DNA from: Octopus vulgaris
Lineage: Eukaryota
Assembly (NCBI GenBank): GCA_951406725.2
Contig: OX597835.1
Location: 28,334,001-28,398,000 of the forward strand
Direction of reading: 5' to 3'
Length of the DNA: 64,000 nt
Shown here: piece after piece, positions 37,666 to 49,962 of the stretch
How the letters are laid out: every line of letters begins with the position of its first letter
Numbering within the stretch: the stretch's first letter is position 1
Program-made: the position numbers and the translations under genes
The notes under the pieces: model-generated
Told to the model about the DNA's origin: nothing
The model's database searches: none
Seen by the model: the letters and a program-made list of their open reading frames with translations, nothing else

Positions 37666-38987
37666 TAAGGTGTACTACCCGTGAAATTCTTTCCACATCA
37701 CAAAAACTTACTGAACGCAGGACCACGTAGACCAAACTTACTGGCAAAACTCACCGTCGTTATAACGAACCCAGAACTCTCCGCCTCTCTCACCTGTTAG
37801 GTAAATGAGGCGGTACAGTGCTAGGTTTGGACAATGGTCGGGGGGGGGGGGATAAAATGATATGTTTAGAGAAAATAAATAAAAGGTTTCTGGTAATAAC
37901 AGTGTTATTTTGACCCTGGTTCTGGAGACATTGTCACCTGACAGAATGACATTTGTTAATTAATAGGTGTCAGGATTGTAAGGTGAACCACAGAAAACAC
38001 AAAAACAGCCGCGACCACAACGATTATAACACCAACGAAACAATGAATGTGATTGTAAGCACCCTCGATCCAGTAGACATAGCAGCCAAATCTTCTTTGA
38101 GTCACTTAGAATCAGCTTAAGCATTTGCTTAAAGCATTTTCATATATATTTCTTTACTACCCACAAGGGGCTACATACAGAGGAGACAAACAAGGACAGA
38201 CAAAGGGATTAAGTCGATTATATGGACCCCAGTGCGTAACTGGTACTTAATTTATCGACCCCGAAAGGATGAAAGGCAAAGTCGACCTCGGCGGAATTTG
38301 AACTCAGAACGTAGCGGCAGACGAAATACGGCAACGCATTTCGCCCGGCGTGCTAACTTTTCTGCCAGCTCACCGCCTTAAGCATTTTCATATAGGCGCA
38401 GGAGTGGCTGTGTGGGAAGTAGCTTGCTTACGGACCACATGGTTCCTCTTATTAAACGTGTTTGCGTAAGTGAAGGCGGTGAGCTGGCAGAAACGTTAGC
38501 ACGCCGGGCGAAATGCGTAACTGTATTTCGTCCGCCGTTACGTTCTGAGTTCAAATTCCGCCGAGGTCGACTTTGCCTTTCATCCTTTCGGGGTCGATTA
38601 AATAAGTACCAGTTACGCACTGGGGTCGATATAATCGACTTAATCCGTTTGTCGCGAAATGCTTAGCAGCATTGCGTACGTCTTTATGTTCTGAGTTCAA
38701 ATCCCTTTTGGAATCGATAAAATAAGTGCCAGTAGCGCAGTGGGATCAGAGTAATCGACTTACCCCTCTCCTGGAATTGCTGGCCTTGGGACAAAATTTG
38801 AAGTGTATTTGTGTGTGTGAAAGAGAGCGAGAGAGAGAGAGTAATAAATTAAAGGAAGAGGAAGGAGAAAGTAGTAATAGGTTGAGTGAGAAATGACACG
38901 TATAAAGACAGAACTACAACGAGACGAGAAGAGGTGAGTAAAATCTTAAAATCATAAAAAGAGGTTAGGAAGAAGGAAGTGGTATCG

Positions 38988-39041
<54 letters not shown>

Positions 39042-39290
39042 CAGATGGTATAGATGAATCGATATTAGCTTCATACAAGCAGATATAGTCAGATTTATAG
39101 ACACAAAATGCCAGACAAATAAATGGAAACATTCAGTTATATAGGAGAGAGATAGAGTTACGTTGACTTAGATTTATAGATGGTCACAGTGATACAAGCA
39201 ACGAAACAGCTGTGAAAGACAGACAGTAGGATAAATGCATATCTGAATTCAAATGTACAGATAGGTGTAAATATAAATACTATAATATAC

Positions 39291-39707
39291 GGATCTTTTC
39301 GCTTTGAACGGCAGTTTTTTCTAGCGGTGTCATATGAAATTGTCACCCATAATTATAACCCTAGAATCGATCTATTGCATTTCAATCTGTTTTAGGGTTA
39401 GGGTTAGGGGTGGGGGGAAGGGTATCTTTTTTTCTTCACAAATGTAAATAAACCCAATCTGTTTCTTAAACGAGAGACATATTCATACGGCACAGAATGT
39501 TTTCACCTCAATATACGTCATTGATTGGTTGAAATTGCAGAAATTGAAGAAGAAACAACAACAAATAGCTTACAAACTATAGAATTTTCTCAATAAAGCC
39601 AAGAGAAAAAGATGTTTAATAAACACATTCTACCAGTATACGAAGTTTAAAAGTGTTTAGTTACATGGAAATTATTTTAAAAACTGCCGTTCAAACCGAA
39701 AAGATCC
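39291..39707 (+). mobile_element. MITE with ~29-bp GGATC TIRs, 8-bp TSD and internal (TTAGGG)3 (Merlin-like), copy 1
   Basis: TIR GGATCTTTTCG.TTTGAACGGCAGTTTTT; TSD TAATATAC/TAATATAT. Confidence 0.9.
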
Positions 39708-39730
39708 TAATATATTAAATGTATTATAAT

Positions 39731-39985
39731 GTAAGTGACCCGTTAGCAATCAAAACCTAAACGCAAGTTAACAGTACCGGCAATTTCTAGAAATAAGAAT
39801 AAAAAACAACTCACTATAGAAAGGTGCTTTAGCTTTCTCCCACGCTTTTCTTAAATTCATTAGGTTAGTGCTTTGTGTGGCTATTCGAGTCGTTTTTGAG
39901 TCTTATTTCTAGCAATTGCCGGTACTAATTTGTACACTTGTTTATTAACTAGCCTTTAGGTTTTGATGGCTAACGGGCCACCTAC
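39731..39985. mobile_element. Foldback MITE with long imperfect TIRs
   Basis: GTAAGTGACCCGTTAGCAATCAAAACCTAAA / TTTAGGTTTTGATGGCTAACGGGCCACCTAC, inner arms AGTACCGGCAATT.CTAGAAATAAGA, flanked by ATTATAAT on both sides. Confidence 0.8.
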
Positions 39986-40049
39986 ATTATAATATATTTA
40001 ATATGCGAGCTGGCAGAAACGTTAGCACGCCGGGCGAAATGTTTAGCAG

Positions 40050-40145
40050 TATTGAACGAAACTCCACGTATAGCATTTGAAAGAGATCGAAAATCCGTTG
40101 GTGCCAAATCAGGAGAGTACGGCGGGTGTGGAAGTACTTCCAATT
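40050..40145 (-). mobile_element. mariner transposase fragment
   Basis: LEVLPHPPYSPDLAPTDF motif, sandwiched between SINE pieces. Confidence 0.8.
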
Positions 40146-40366
40146 TCTTTACTACCCACAAGGAGCTAAACACAGAGAGGACAAACAAGGACAGATAAAC
40201 GTATTAAGTCGATTACATCGACCCCAGTGCGTAACTGGTACTTTATTTATCGACCCCGAAAGGATGAAAGGCAAAGTCGACCTCGGCGGAATTTGAACTC
40301 ACAACGTAACGACAGACGAAATACCGTTAAGCATTTTGCCCGGCGAGCTGACAATTCTGTCAGCTC

Positions 40367-40407
<41 letters not shown>

Positions 40408-40911
40408 TAATAATAATAATAATGATAATAATAATAATAATAATAATAATAATCCTTTCTATTATAGGCACAAGGCCTGAAATTTGGGGGAGGGGGATAG
40501 CCGATTACATTGGACCCCAATATTCAACTGGTACGTAATTTATCGATGCCGAAAAGAAGAAAGCTAAAGTCGACCTCGGTGGCATTTGAACCCAGAACGT
40601 GAGGACAGACGAAACGCCGCTAAGCATTTCGCCCGGTGTGCTAACGATTCTGCCAGCTCGCCGCCTTTCGCTGCCTTCATACCAATACTGTGAATGTATC
40701 ACAGTGAGGGGCAAAGTCGAATATATCGACATCAATACCTAATACTTTACTTTATATGTTTTGAGAATGAGGTTACAAAAATATGTTACCCATTTTCACT
40801 CTGTAACCTGGTTTCTGGTGACCTGTAGCTGTAGCGAGTTAACTCTGGTGCAAGGAAATGAACCAGGTTACTTGCTCTCTGAAGACGCATGGCTCAGTGG
40901 TTAGAGCGTCG

Positions 40912-41326
40912 GGATCTTTTCGGTTTGAACGGCAGTTTTTAACATAATTTCTAGGTAACTAAAAAAATTTTAATTTCGTATATTGGTAGAATGTGTTTAT
41001 AAAACATCTTTTTCTCTTGGCTTTATTGAGAAAATTCTATAGTTTGTAAGATATTTGTTGTGTTTTTTCTTCAATTTCTGTAATTTCAACCAATCACTGA
41101 CGTCTGTTGAGGTAAAAACATTCTGTGCCGTATGAATATGTCCCTCGTTCAAGAAACAGATTGGGTTTATTTACATTAGTGAAGAAAAAAGATACCCTTC
41201 TCCCCACCCCTAACCCTAACCATAAAACAGATTGAAATGCAATAGATCAATACTAGGGTCATAACTATGGGTGACAATTTTATATGACACCGCTAGAAAA
41301 AACTGCCGTTCAAACCGAAAATATCC
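40912..41326 (-). mobile_element. GGATC-TIR telomere-repeat MITE, copy 2, nested in a tRNA SINE head
   Basis: Perfect 8-bp TSD GAGCGTCG (40904-11, 41327-34). Confidence 0.9.
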
Positions 41327-42367
41327 GAGCGTCGCCCTCACAATCATGAAGTATTGAGTTTGATTCCCGGACCGGGCTGTGTTGTGCTCTTGAGCAATAC
41401 ACTGTATTTCACGTTGCTCCAGTTCACTCATCTGTAGAAATGAGTTGCAATGTTACTAATACCAAGCTGTATCAGTTTTTGCCTTTCCCTTGGATAACAT
41501 CGGTGGTGTGGAGAGGGAAGGCTGATATGTAAGGGCGACTGCTGGTCTACTATAAACAACCTTGCCAGGACTTGTACCTCGGAGGGGAATTTTCGAGCCA
41601 TTTTTGTGATAGGTCTCATTTCTTTTTTCAAGCGATGCCTGTGCATGATGATTTTTTAGAGTGGGAAAAGGATTTGCACAAATCCAATTCCACTCTCTGA
41701 ACACGGACAATATAAACTCAAAAATAGCGAGTCTAAATCATCGAATATTGTCCGTGGCGCAGTTTTCTCTTCTCTTGGAGTTTCCCTCTCCTAGAGAGAT
41801 ATTGTGGTAACAAAAGTGGGGCCTCCCACTCCCCGTGGGCCAATCGCGCGCCTGAACACCAACCCAGGTATTTCCGCGTCTCTACGCGTAAATACATGCA
41901 TAAGAAAGCACATGTACACATATTATTGGATGGTCGTTGACTGCTCATGAGTTCTTCCGCCCTTTGACAGGTCATATTTTTCGTCCTGCAGTGTCCAACA
42001 ATCACCCTCCTCACCAAGCAAGCTAGCTTGATGGGGTTACCAGCTTAGTCACCGACGATCCAATTATGCTGCAGGTTGTACTGGGCTACACGTTGCCAGC
42101 AGCGCCCAAGAGAGACCTGATATATATTTCTTTACTACCCACAAGGGGCTAAACATAGAGGAGACAAACAAGGACAGACAAAGGGAGTAAGTCGATTACA
42201 TCGACCCCAGTACGAAACTGGTACTTTATTTATCGACCCCGAAAGGATGAAAGGTAAAGTCGACCTCGGCGGAATTTGAACCCAGAACGTAACGACAGAC
42301 GAAAAACCGCAAAGCATTTCGCCCGGCGCGCTAACGTTTCTGCCAGCTCGCCGCCTCTGATATATAC

Positions 42368-42426
<59 letters not shown>

Positions 42427-42829
42427 TTATAGGTGGTTAGCCAGCTGTTTCCCTTTGATGCACATCTGCTCATTCCATTATTGCAATCAATATGTATCCT
42501 CAATTAATGTTGAATGTAAATCAAAACACTCATTAAAACTGAAAATCCTTTTCTACTCTAGGCACAAGGCTCGAAATTTTGGGGGAGTGGGGAAGTCGAT
42601 TAGATCGACTGCTGTACACAACTGGTACTTAATTTATCGACTCCGAAAGGATAAAGGCAAAGTCGACCTCGGCGGAATTTGAACTCAGGGCGTAGTGGCA
42701 GACGAAATACCTATTTCTTTACTACCCGCAAGTTGCTAAACATAGAGAGGACAAACAAGGACAGACAAACGGATTAAGTCGATTACCATGACCCCAGTGT
42801 GTAACTGGTACTTATTTAATCGACTTACT

Positions 42830-43061
42830 GCAAGTTATGGATGATTATTTTATGACTTCATTGCTTTCATGCTTAGCTTAAGGTATTTTCGTTCCCGACA
42901 TCACAAAATGCATCTGAATAACATTGCCGGACAGCAAATAGAGACTCGGACATTGCTTAGAAAATATTTTTTCATTTTTAACCTCGTATATAGTACGTAC
43001 TAGGAATTTTGACCTTTAAATTTTGTGAAAAAATGCGGATTATACTCGAGGATTTACGGTA
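42830..43061. mobile_element. pogo/Tc2-like terminal fragment
   Basis: Ends in GCGGATTATACTCGAGGATTTACGGTA (TACCGTA-type TIR with TA). Confidence 0.5.
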
Positions 43062-46000
43062 TGTAGATATATTAAATATATCTGTATATGTGTTTATATG
43101 CGTGTGTGTGTATATATATATATATATTAATTATATGATAGTGTATATTTATATACACATAAGGAATCTGCACTTAGGGTGAAGATTCAGCACATTAGAG
43201 AGCCACAAAAATAATGGACAAGATTTGACAGGAACAAAATTTGAAAATGAAAAACGACAGGTAAATGTTAAATGGTAAATGTTTTTCATTTTCAAATTTC
43301 ATATATGTGTGTGTGTGTATATACACACTCAGACGCACCTTTTCATTAATTATTATTTATTACTTGAAACTTATGTAGCAGGTTAGGTTCCTGTTCGTTC
43401 CGGTGTAAATATTCGTCTCGCTCTTTTAGTCTAAATATATACTAAAAAGGCGGCGGGGGGTTGTAAGAGAAAGAACGATATTTCAACATTTCGTTTCCTG
43501 ACAACCCACGGAAAAATAATGACGGGTGCAGTGACGTCTTGGCGTGCAAAAACTCGAATCCAATTGTGACTCCTATGTTAATCGATGACGTACATTAGGG
43601 TTTTATCTTCAGAAGGCAGGTGCATGTTTATTAAATACAAAGAGCAACATATTGCATCAGATTATTTCGTCAGCTTTTATTGCTATTAATAGTAAGGCGG
43701 CGAGCTGGCAGAATCGTTAGCACGCCGGGCGAAATGCGTAGCCGTATTTCGTCTGCTGTTACGTTCTGAGTTCAAATTATGCAACAGAATGTGCAAATCT
43801 TTGGCCAGACTCAAGAGTCCTATAAGTGCCTCACATCGCCTTTCATCCTTTCGGGGTCGATAAACTAAGTACCAGTTACGCACTGGCTCGATATAATCGA
43901 CTTAATCTATTTGTCCTCTCTGTGATTAGCCCCTTGTGGGTAGTAAAGAAATAGGTATTCCGTCTGCCGATACGTTCTGAGTTCAAATTCCGCCGAGGTC
44001 GATTTTGCCTTTCGGGGTCGATTAAATAAGTACCAGTTACGCACTGGGGTCGATATAATCGACTTATTCCGTTTGTCTGTCCTTGTTTGTCCTCTCTGTG
44101 TTTAGCCCCTTGTGTGTAGTAAAGAATTAGAAATAGGTATTTCGTCTGTCTTTACGTTCCGAGTTCAAATTCTTCCGAGGTCAACTTTGCCTTTCACCCT
44201 TTCGAGGTCGATAAATTAAGTACCAGTTGAATACTGGGGTCGATCTTATCGACTGGGCCCCCATCCCCTCAAAATTTCAGGCTTTGTGCCCTAGAGTAGA
44301 AAAGGAATTTGACCTCAGAACGTAATAAACCGGAAATAATGCCGGTAAGCATCCGTCTCTGCGCGATAACGATTCTGCTGGCTCAAACCGCTTAGAAATA
44401 AAGCATGCAAAGATGGCAAAGGAAACGGTGAAAGTCCTATGTTATTACACGGTCTGCAAAAAACCGCAACCAAAATCTTCATATAATTCACCTGTCTTCT
44501 TAAAAACAAGGTGTATAATGAAAAAAAAAAATTTTTGAAAAATATGGGAATTACTAGAAATTACAAAATCTTCATATAATTCACCTGTCTTCTTAAAAAC
44601 AAGGTGTATAATGAAAAATATGGGAATTAGTTTTCCGCCTCTTGACATACTAGAAATTACAAATAAATCATCTGTTTCAAATATAGGAAATCATATGAGA
44701 AAATTATCTTCGTAAAGATAAGTTACAAAATGCTCAACATATTGCGACAACGAAAGAGTTTCCATGTGGTCTCTTCAACTATCAGAAAAAGCAGCTAAAT
44801 CTCTTTCAAATCACATTTCACTGTTCCAAAATAAAGAAGGAACATTGAATAATGTATTCCAAGAAAGATGGGGAGTTTTCATGGATGCATTTCAGTAGCA
44901 GAAGGAAGACTATCTTCTGTAAAAGCATGCTGTTAAATTAAAATTTCGCTTGTGACAGTGACTCGCTTGCACGATTTCGCCAAGTAAACTTACTATCTTT
45001 CAGTCTTGAGACGAGAAGGTTTTTTCTGTCTTCTGTTAAGATAGCGATAAGTTTCTAAGATCATTCAGAACTCGCTGGATTAAACAACATCGGTTCCTAA
45101 TTTACTTAAGGATTTGTAAAACCCCCAGTAACTATACTAACCATACCACCTCCATCACTACTCATTTCATAGTACATGGGTTGTTGTGGAGGCACATGGC
45201 CTAGTGGTTAGAGCAGCGGACTCGCGAGTTCGAATCTCAGACCGGACGATGTGTGTGTTTATGAGCGAAACACCTAAGCTCCACGCGGCTCCGGCAGAAG
45301 GTAATGGCGAAACTTCTGCTGACTCTTTCGCCACAACTTTCTCTCACTCTTTCCTCGTGCATCTTGCAGATCACCTACGAACGACCGGCATTGATTTGCC
45401 TGGAAGACTCACAGGCCTTGGTGCCCATTTCTGATATATGAAGCAGTTTGCTGTCAATAAATCAATATTATTGGGTCCAGTGCACTGCCTTGTCCGGGTG
45501 TTTCACAGGTTTAGGCATCTAATTCTGAATTAAACATATAGGGCCCAGTACACTGGCTGGCGAAATGACGGTAGGCATTTCACCCAGAGTGCTAACGATT
45601 CTGCCACCTCAGCGCCTTATAGATGTTTAATTATTAAAGTGGAAAAATTATCCCGAAAGCCATTTCTATAAATTTTTCTCAAATGAATGAATGAATGAAT
45701 GAATGTATTTTTTTTACTTGTTTCAGTCATTTGACTGCGGCCATGCTAGAGCACCGCCTTTAATCGAGCAACTCGACCCCGTGACTTATTCTTAAGTATG
45801 TATAAGTAATCCCAGTACTTATTCTATCGGTCTCTTTTGCCGAACCGCTAAGTAACGGGGACATAAACACACCAGCATCGGTTGTCAAGCAATGCTAGGG
45901 GGACAAACTCAGACACACAAACGCATATATATATATATATACGACGGGTTTCTTTCAGTTTCCGTCTACCAAATCCACTCACAAGGCTTTGGTCGGCCCG

Positions 46001-46582
46001 AGGCTATAGTAGAAGACACTTGCCCAAGGTGCTACGCAGTGGGACTGAACCCGGAACCATGTGGTTGGGAAACAAGCTACTTACCACACAGCCACTCCTG
46101 CGCCTGTATGTATGTATGTATGACTGTCTTCTTTCAGTTTCCGTCTACTAGATCCATTCACAAGGCTACGATGGGTTCGCGGCTATAGTAGAAGACACTT
46201 GCCCAAGGTGCCATGCACTGGGACTGAACCCAGAACCATGTGGTTGGGAAGCAAACTTCTTACCACACAGCCACGCCTACGCCTACAATTAGCGAAAACG
46301 TGATACATATTTACCGAGCCATCCTCGTTCGCGAGTGACGACAGCTGGCTTCATTAATATTTCGTAGCAGATGACCGACTTTGCTATTACAACAAACTCA
46401 TTACAAAGTTGACTCGGACACGTGTAACAGCTGATTACTGCCTCTTCATTGATTTTATGCAAAGGATCCTTCAAGTCGTTTCACTGCATGATAGGACTAT
46501 AAACACCTGCATTTGCATAATGCGGGTCACCTGAATGAAACATTAGAACGTCTGTGCATTCCTTGGTAACGTCGAAGAAATC

Positions 46583-46932
46583 CAGAGCTGTGGAGTCGGA
46601 GTCGGAAACAATTCAGGGGTAGCTGGAGCCGGAGTTGGAGTCAGTAAAATAGACCGCAATCACTTAATTACATAAAGGAGTCGAAGTTGGAGGTGCCAAT
46701 AGTAGAGGAGTCAGAGTCGGGGTCGGAAACAATTAAGGGGTAGCTGGAGTTGGAGTCGGTAAAATAGACCAGAATCGTTTAATTACATAGAGGAGTCGAA
46801 GCTGGAGGTGCTAATTGTAGCGGAATCAGAGTCGGAAACAATTAAGGGGTGGTTAGAGCCGGAGTCGGCGGTGTCAGTAGTAGAGGAGTCAGAGTCGGAG
46901 TCCAAATTTTTTGTTTCGACTCCACGGCCCTG
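46583..46932. mobile_element. hAT-type MITE built from GGAGTC repeats with internal ~115-bp duplications
   Basis: TIRs CAGAGCTGTGGAGTCG / CGACTCCACGGCCCTG; perfect 8-bp TSD AAGAAATC (46575-82, 46933-40). Confidence 0.9.
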
Positions 46933-47375
46933 AAGAAATCTCTGTAGAAATCTCAAAGTTTTTAGTACTAAGAATGATATCATTTATCTTTTATTTCGTA
47001 CTTGTTTCAATAGTTAGACTGCGGTCATGCTGGGGCAGCGTCTTGTAGGATCTTAGCCGAATGAATCGGCCCCAGTACTTAGTTTGTTTGCTAAGCCTGG
47101 TACTTATCCCATCGGTCAAGCGATGGTAGGGGACAAACACAAATACGTACATATGCGCGCGTGTGAATGCATGTATGTATGTATACATGTGTGTGTGTGT
47201 GTGTATGACAGGTTTCTTTCACTTTCCGTCTACCAAATCCATTCACAAGGCTTTGGTCGACCCGAGGCTATAGCAGAAGATACTTACCCATGATGCTATG
47301 CAGTGGTACTGAACTCGGAACGTGTAGGTATGTATGGAAGGAAGTGTTTGTATGTATGTGTGTATGAAAGTATGC

Positions 47376-47745
47376 AAGGCTGCGATTTAAGGACTGTGTC
47401 AAGTCCTCGTTAAAGGCCTTTGATATGCAGGACACTGACTGGGAGAACAATGCCTGTCATCGCCACAGATAGAGGAAGCAGGTTAAGGAGGGGATCAACA
47501 CTTTTGAGAGAGCACGTATCCAGCATGAAGAACTTAAGCGAGCTGCGCGAAAGCGCACGGCTCGTATAGTGAATGGGGAAAGCTTGGTCTGCAATGTTTG
47601 CTGTCGTGCAAGCTTGTCAAGAGCAGGGCTCATTAGCCACCAACGGAGCCGCAAATGCAAAATATAAGTTAGTCCTAGAGCGCACAATGTTCCTGAAGGT
47701 CGGTAATGGTCTTCTTCGGTCACGAGTGGACGGCCATCATCATGT
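47376..47745 (+). mobile_element. RTE LINE 3' fragment
   Basis: RLRFKDCVKSSLKAF...WE...LVCNVCCRASLSRAGLISHQRSRKCKI*, then 3'UTR and (ATGT) tail. Confidence 0.8.
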
Positions 47746-47789
47746 ATGTATGAATAGTTGGATGGATAGAGGTATTGTAAATTGTGATA

Positions 47790-47975
47790 TGGCTGTTGTT
47801 CAGAACAGAACATTCGCAACCTGTGCCTCTCAGTTGGAGGATTAAAAAGGCCTGTCAAAAGACTTCGTAGTGTGGCACCTGTTCCTTCTGCCAGCCAGTT
47901 TAGCTGTGCATTATGCAACAGAATGTGCAAATCTTTGGCCAGACTCAAGAGTCCTATAAGTGCCTCACATCGCAT
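47790..47975 (+). mobile_element. LINE C-terminal zinc-finger fragment from a second family
   Basis: ...FSCALCNRMCKSLARLKSPISASHR, a degenerate C2H2 finger. Confidence 0.5.
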
Positions 47976-48057
47976 TATCAATGACTCATTTCAATGATTC
48001 TCTCTAGCAATGGTTTTGCTCGTATACGAGAAAGTATCTACTATGTATGCATGTGTG

Positions 48058-48695
48058 TACGATGGGGTACTGAGCAGTTCTTGGTTTTGGGTAAAACAAA
48101 ATGCAGGAGGACCAGTTAATTATGATTTTATTCAACATATTCGGATCTTTTCGGTTTGAACGGCAGTTTTTTCTAGCGGTGTCATATGAAATTGTCACCC
48201 ATAATTATGACCCTAGTATCGATCTATTGCATTTCAATCTCTTTTAGGGTTAGGGGTGGGGGGAAGGGTATCTTTTTTTCTTTACAAATGTAAATAAACC
48301 CAATCTGTTTCTTAAACGAGGGACATATTCATACGGCACGGAATGTTTTCACCTCAAATAGACGTCATTGATTGGTTGAAATTGCAGAAATTGCAGAAAA
48401 AACACAACAAATATCTTACAAACTATAGAATTTTCTCAATAAAGCCAAGAGAAAAAGATATTTTATAAACACATTCTACCAGTATACGAAGTTTAAAAGT
48501 GTTTAGTTACGTGGAAATTATTTTTAAAAACTGCCGTTCAAACCGAAAAGATCCACATATTCAATTCTCAGATTCACACATTTATTGTAGCGGTCTTTCA
48601 GATTTTCTAAGCTCTGCAAAAGAATTCGGAACGTTGGGCCGCCAACCAGGCCTTTTATGACACTCTTAAAACCAGGAACTTTTCAGCATCCCTTC
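48058..48695. mobile_element. mariner-type MITE hosting MITE copy 3
   Basis: Imperfect TIRs TACGATGGGGTACTGAGCAGTTCTTGG / CCAGGAACTTTTCAGCATCCC. Confidence 0.5.
48143..48554 (+). mobile_element. GGATC-TIR telomere-repeat MITE, copy 3
   Basis: Perfect 8-bp TSD ACATATTC (48135-42, 48555-62); perfect TIRs. Confidence 0.9.
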
Positions 48696-48763
48696 ATTTG
48701 CGTGTATATATGTATATTTGTTGTCGGGGCTGTTTCGCCATGAAGGTATTTAAATTGGGATGA

Positions 48764-49178
48764 AGGCGGTGAGCTGGCAGAAACGGTAGCACGCCGGGCG
48801 AAATGCGTAGCGGTATTTCGTCTGCCGTTACGTTGTGAGTTCAAATTCCGCCGAGGTCGACTTTGCCTTTCATCCTTTCGGGGTCGATAAATTAAGTACC
48901 AGTTAAGCACTGGGGTCGATATAATCGACTTAATACCTATGTCTGTCCATGTTTGTCCCCTCTATGTTCAGCCCCTTGTGGGTAATAAAGAAATAGGTAT
49001 TTCGTCTGCCGTTACGTTGTGAGTTCAAATTCCGCCGAGGTCGACTTTGCCTTTCATCCTTTCGGCGTTGATAAATTAAGTACCAGTTACGCACTGGGGT
49101 CGATGTAATCGACTTAATCCGTTTGTCTGTCCTTGTTTCTCCCCTCTGTGTTTAGCCCCTTGGGGGTAGTAAAGAAAT
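48764..49178 (+). mobile_element. Family-A SINE dimer with a single 20-bp TSD
   Basis: TSD AGGTATTTAAATTGGGATGA at 48744-48763 and 49179-49198. Confidence 0.9.
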
Positions 49179-49644
49179 AGGTATTTAAATTGGGATGAGC
49201 CTCGTCCCAGTATTGCTTTAACCGGTTCATGTATCCGATTGGAGGGACATCTCGGGCTTTCTCATAGCACCGAAGTAAATCTCGGTTTAGGTGTTGAGTC
49301 CAGGTAAAATGAGAAGAGTACTTACGTCTTCTTAAAATAACTTACTGCTGAAATAGTTCTGTTCTCATCGGTGGTGACGTTGTTAGTTTCATCTGTGGTG
49401 GTGTTAGTTTCAGCCATAGCCGTGTTAGCCAAATTCTCCGTGTTGCAGATGTATATTTTAAAATCTGTTCAGGATAACGCTACATTGGTGAATAAAAGGT
49501 GTTTCTCTTATTAATTTCTGTAGAAATAAACCAGTTACCGATTTAGGCTGGGGAAATCGGCATATTTCTAGCGGAAGGCATTCAAAACGAACTTTTTAAA
49601 CAGTCCTCTACACCTGCACGTCCGAGGTTGACGGCACCATATTA

Positions 49645-49962
49645 TGTGTGTATGTATGTATGTATGAATGTGTGTATGAATGTATGCATGCATGCATACA
49701 TGTATGTATTTATGTATGTATGCATGCATGCGTGTATGCATGCGTGTATGCATGCATGCATGTATGTATGCATGCAAGCATGTATGTATGTATGTATGTA
49801 TGTATGCATGCATGCGTGCATGTATGTACATACGTATGTATGTATGTATGCATGCATGCGTGTATGCATGCATGTATATATGTCTGTACGTATGTATGCG
49901 CGTACGTACGTATGTGTATGTGCGTATATATGTATGTATATGTGTGTGCATGTACGTATGTA
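49645..49962. repeat. (TATG/CATG)n microsatellite
   Basis: Read directly from the sequence. Confidence 0.95.
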
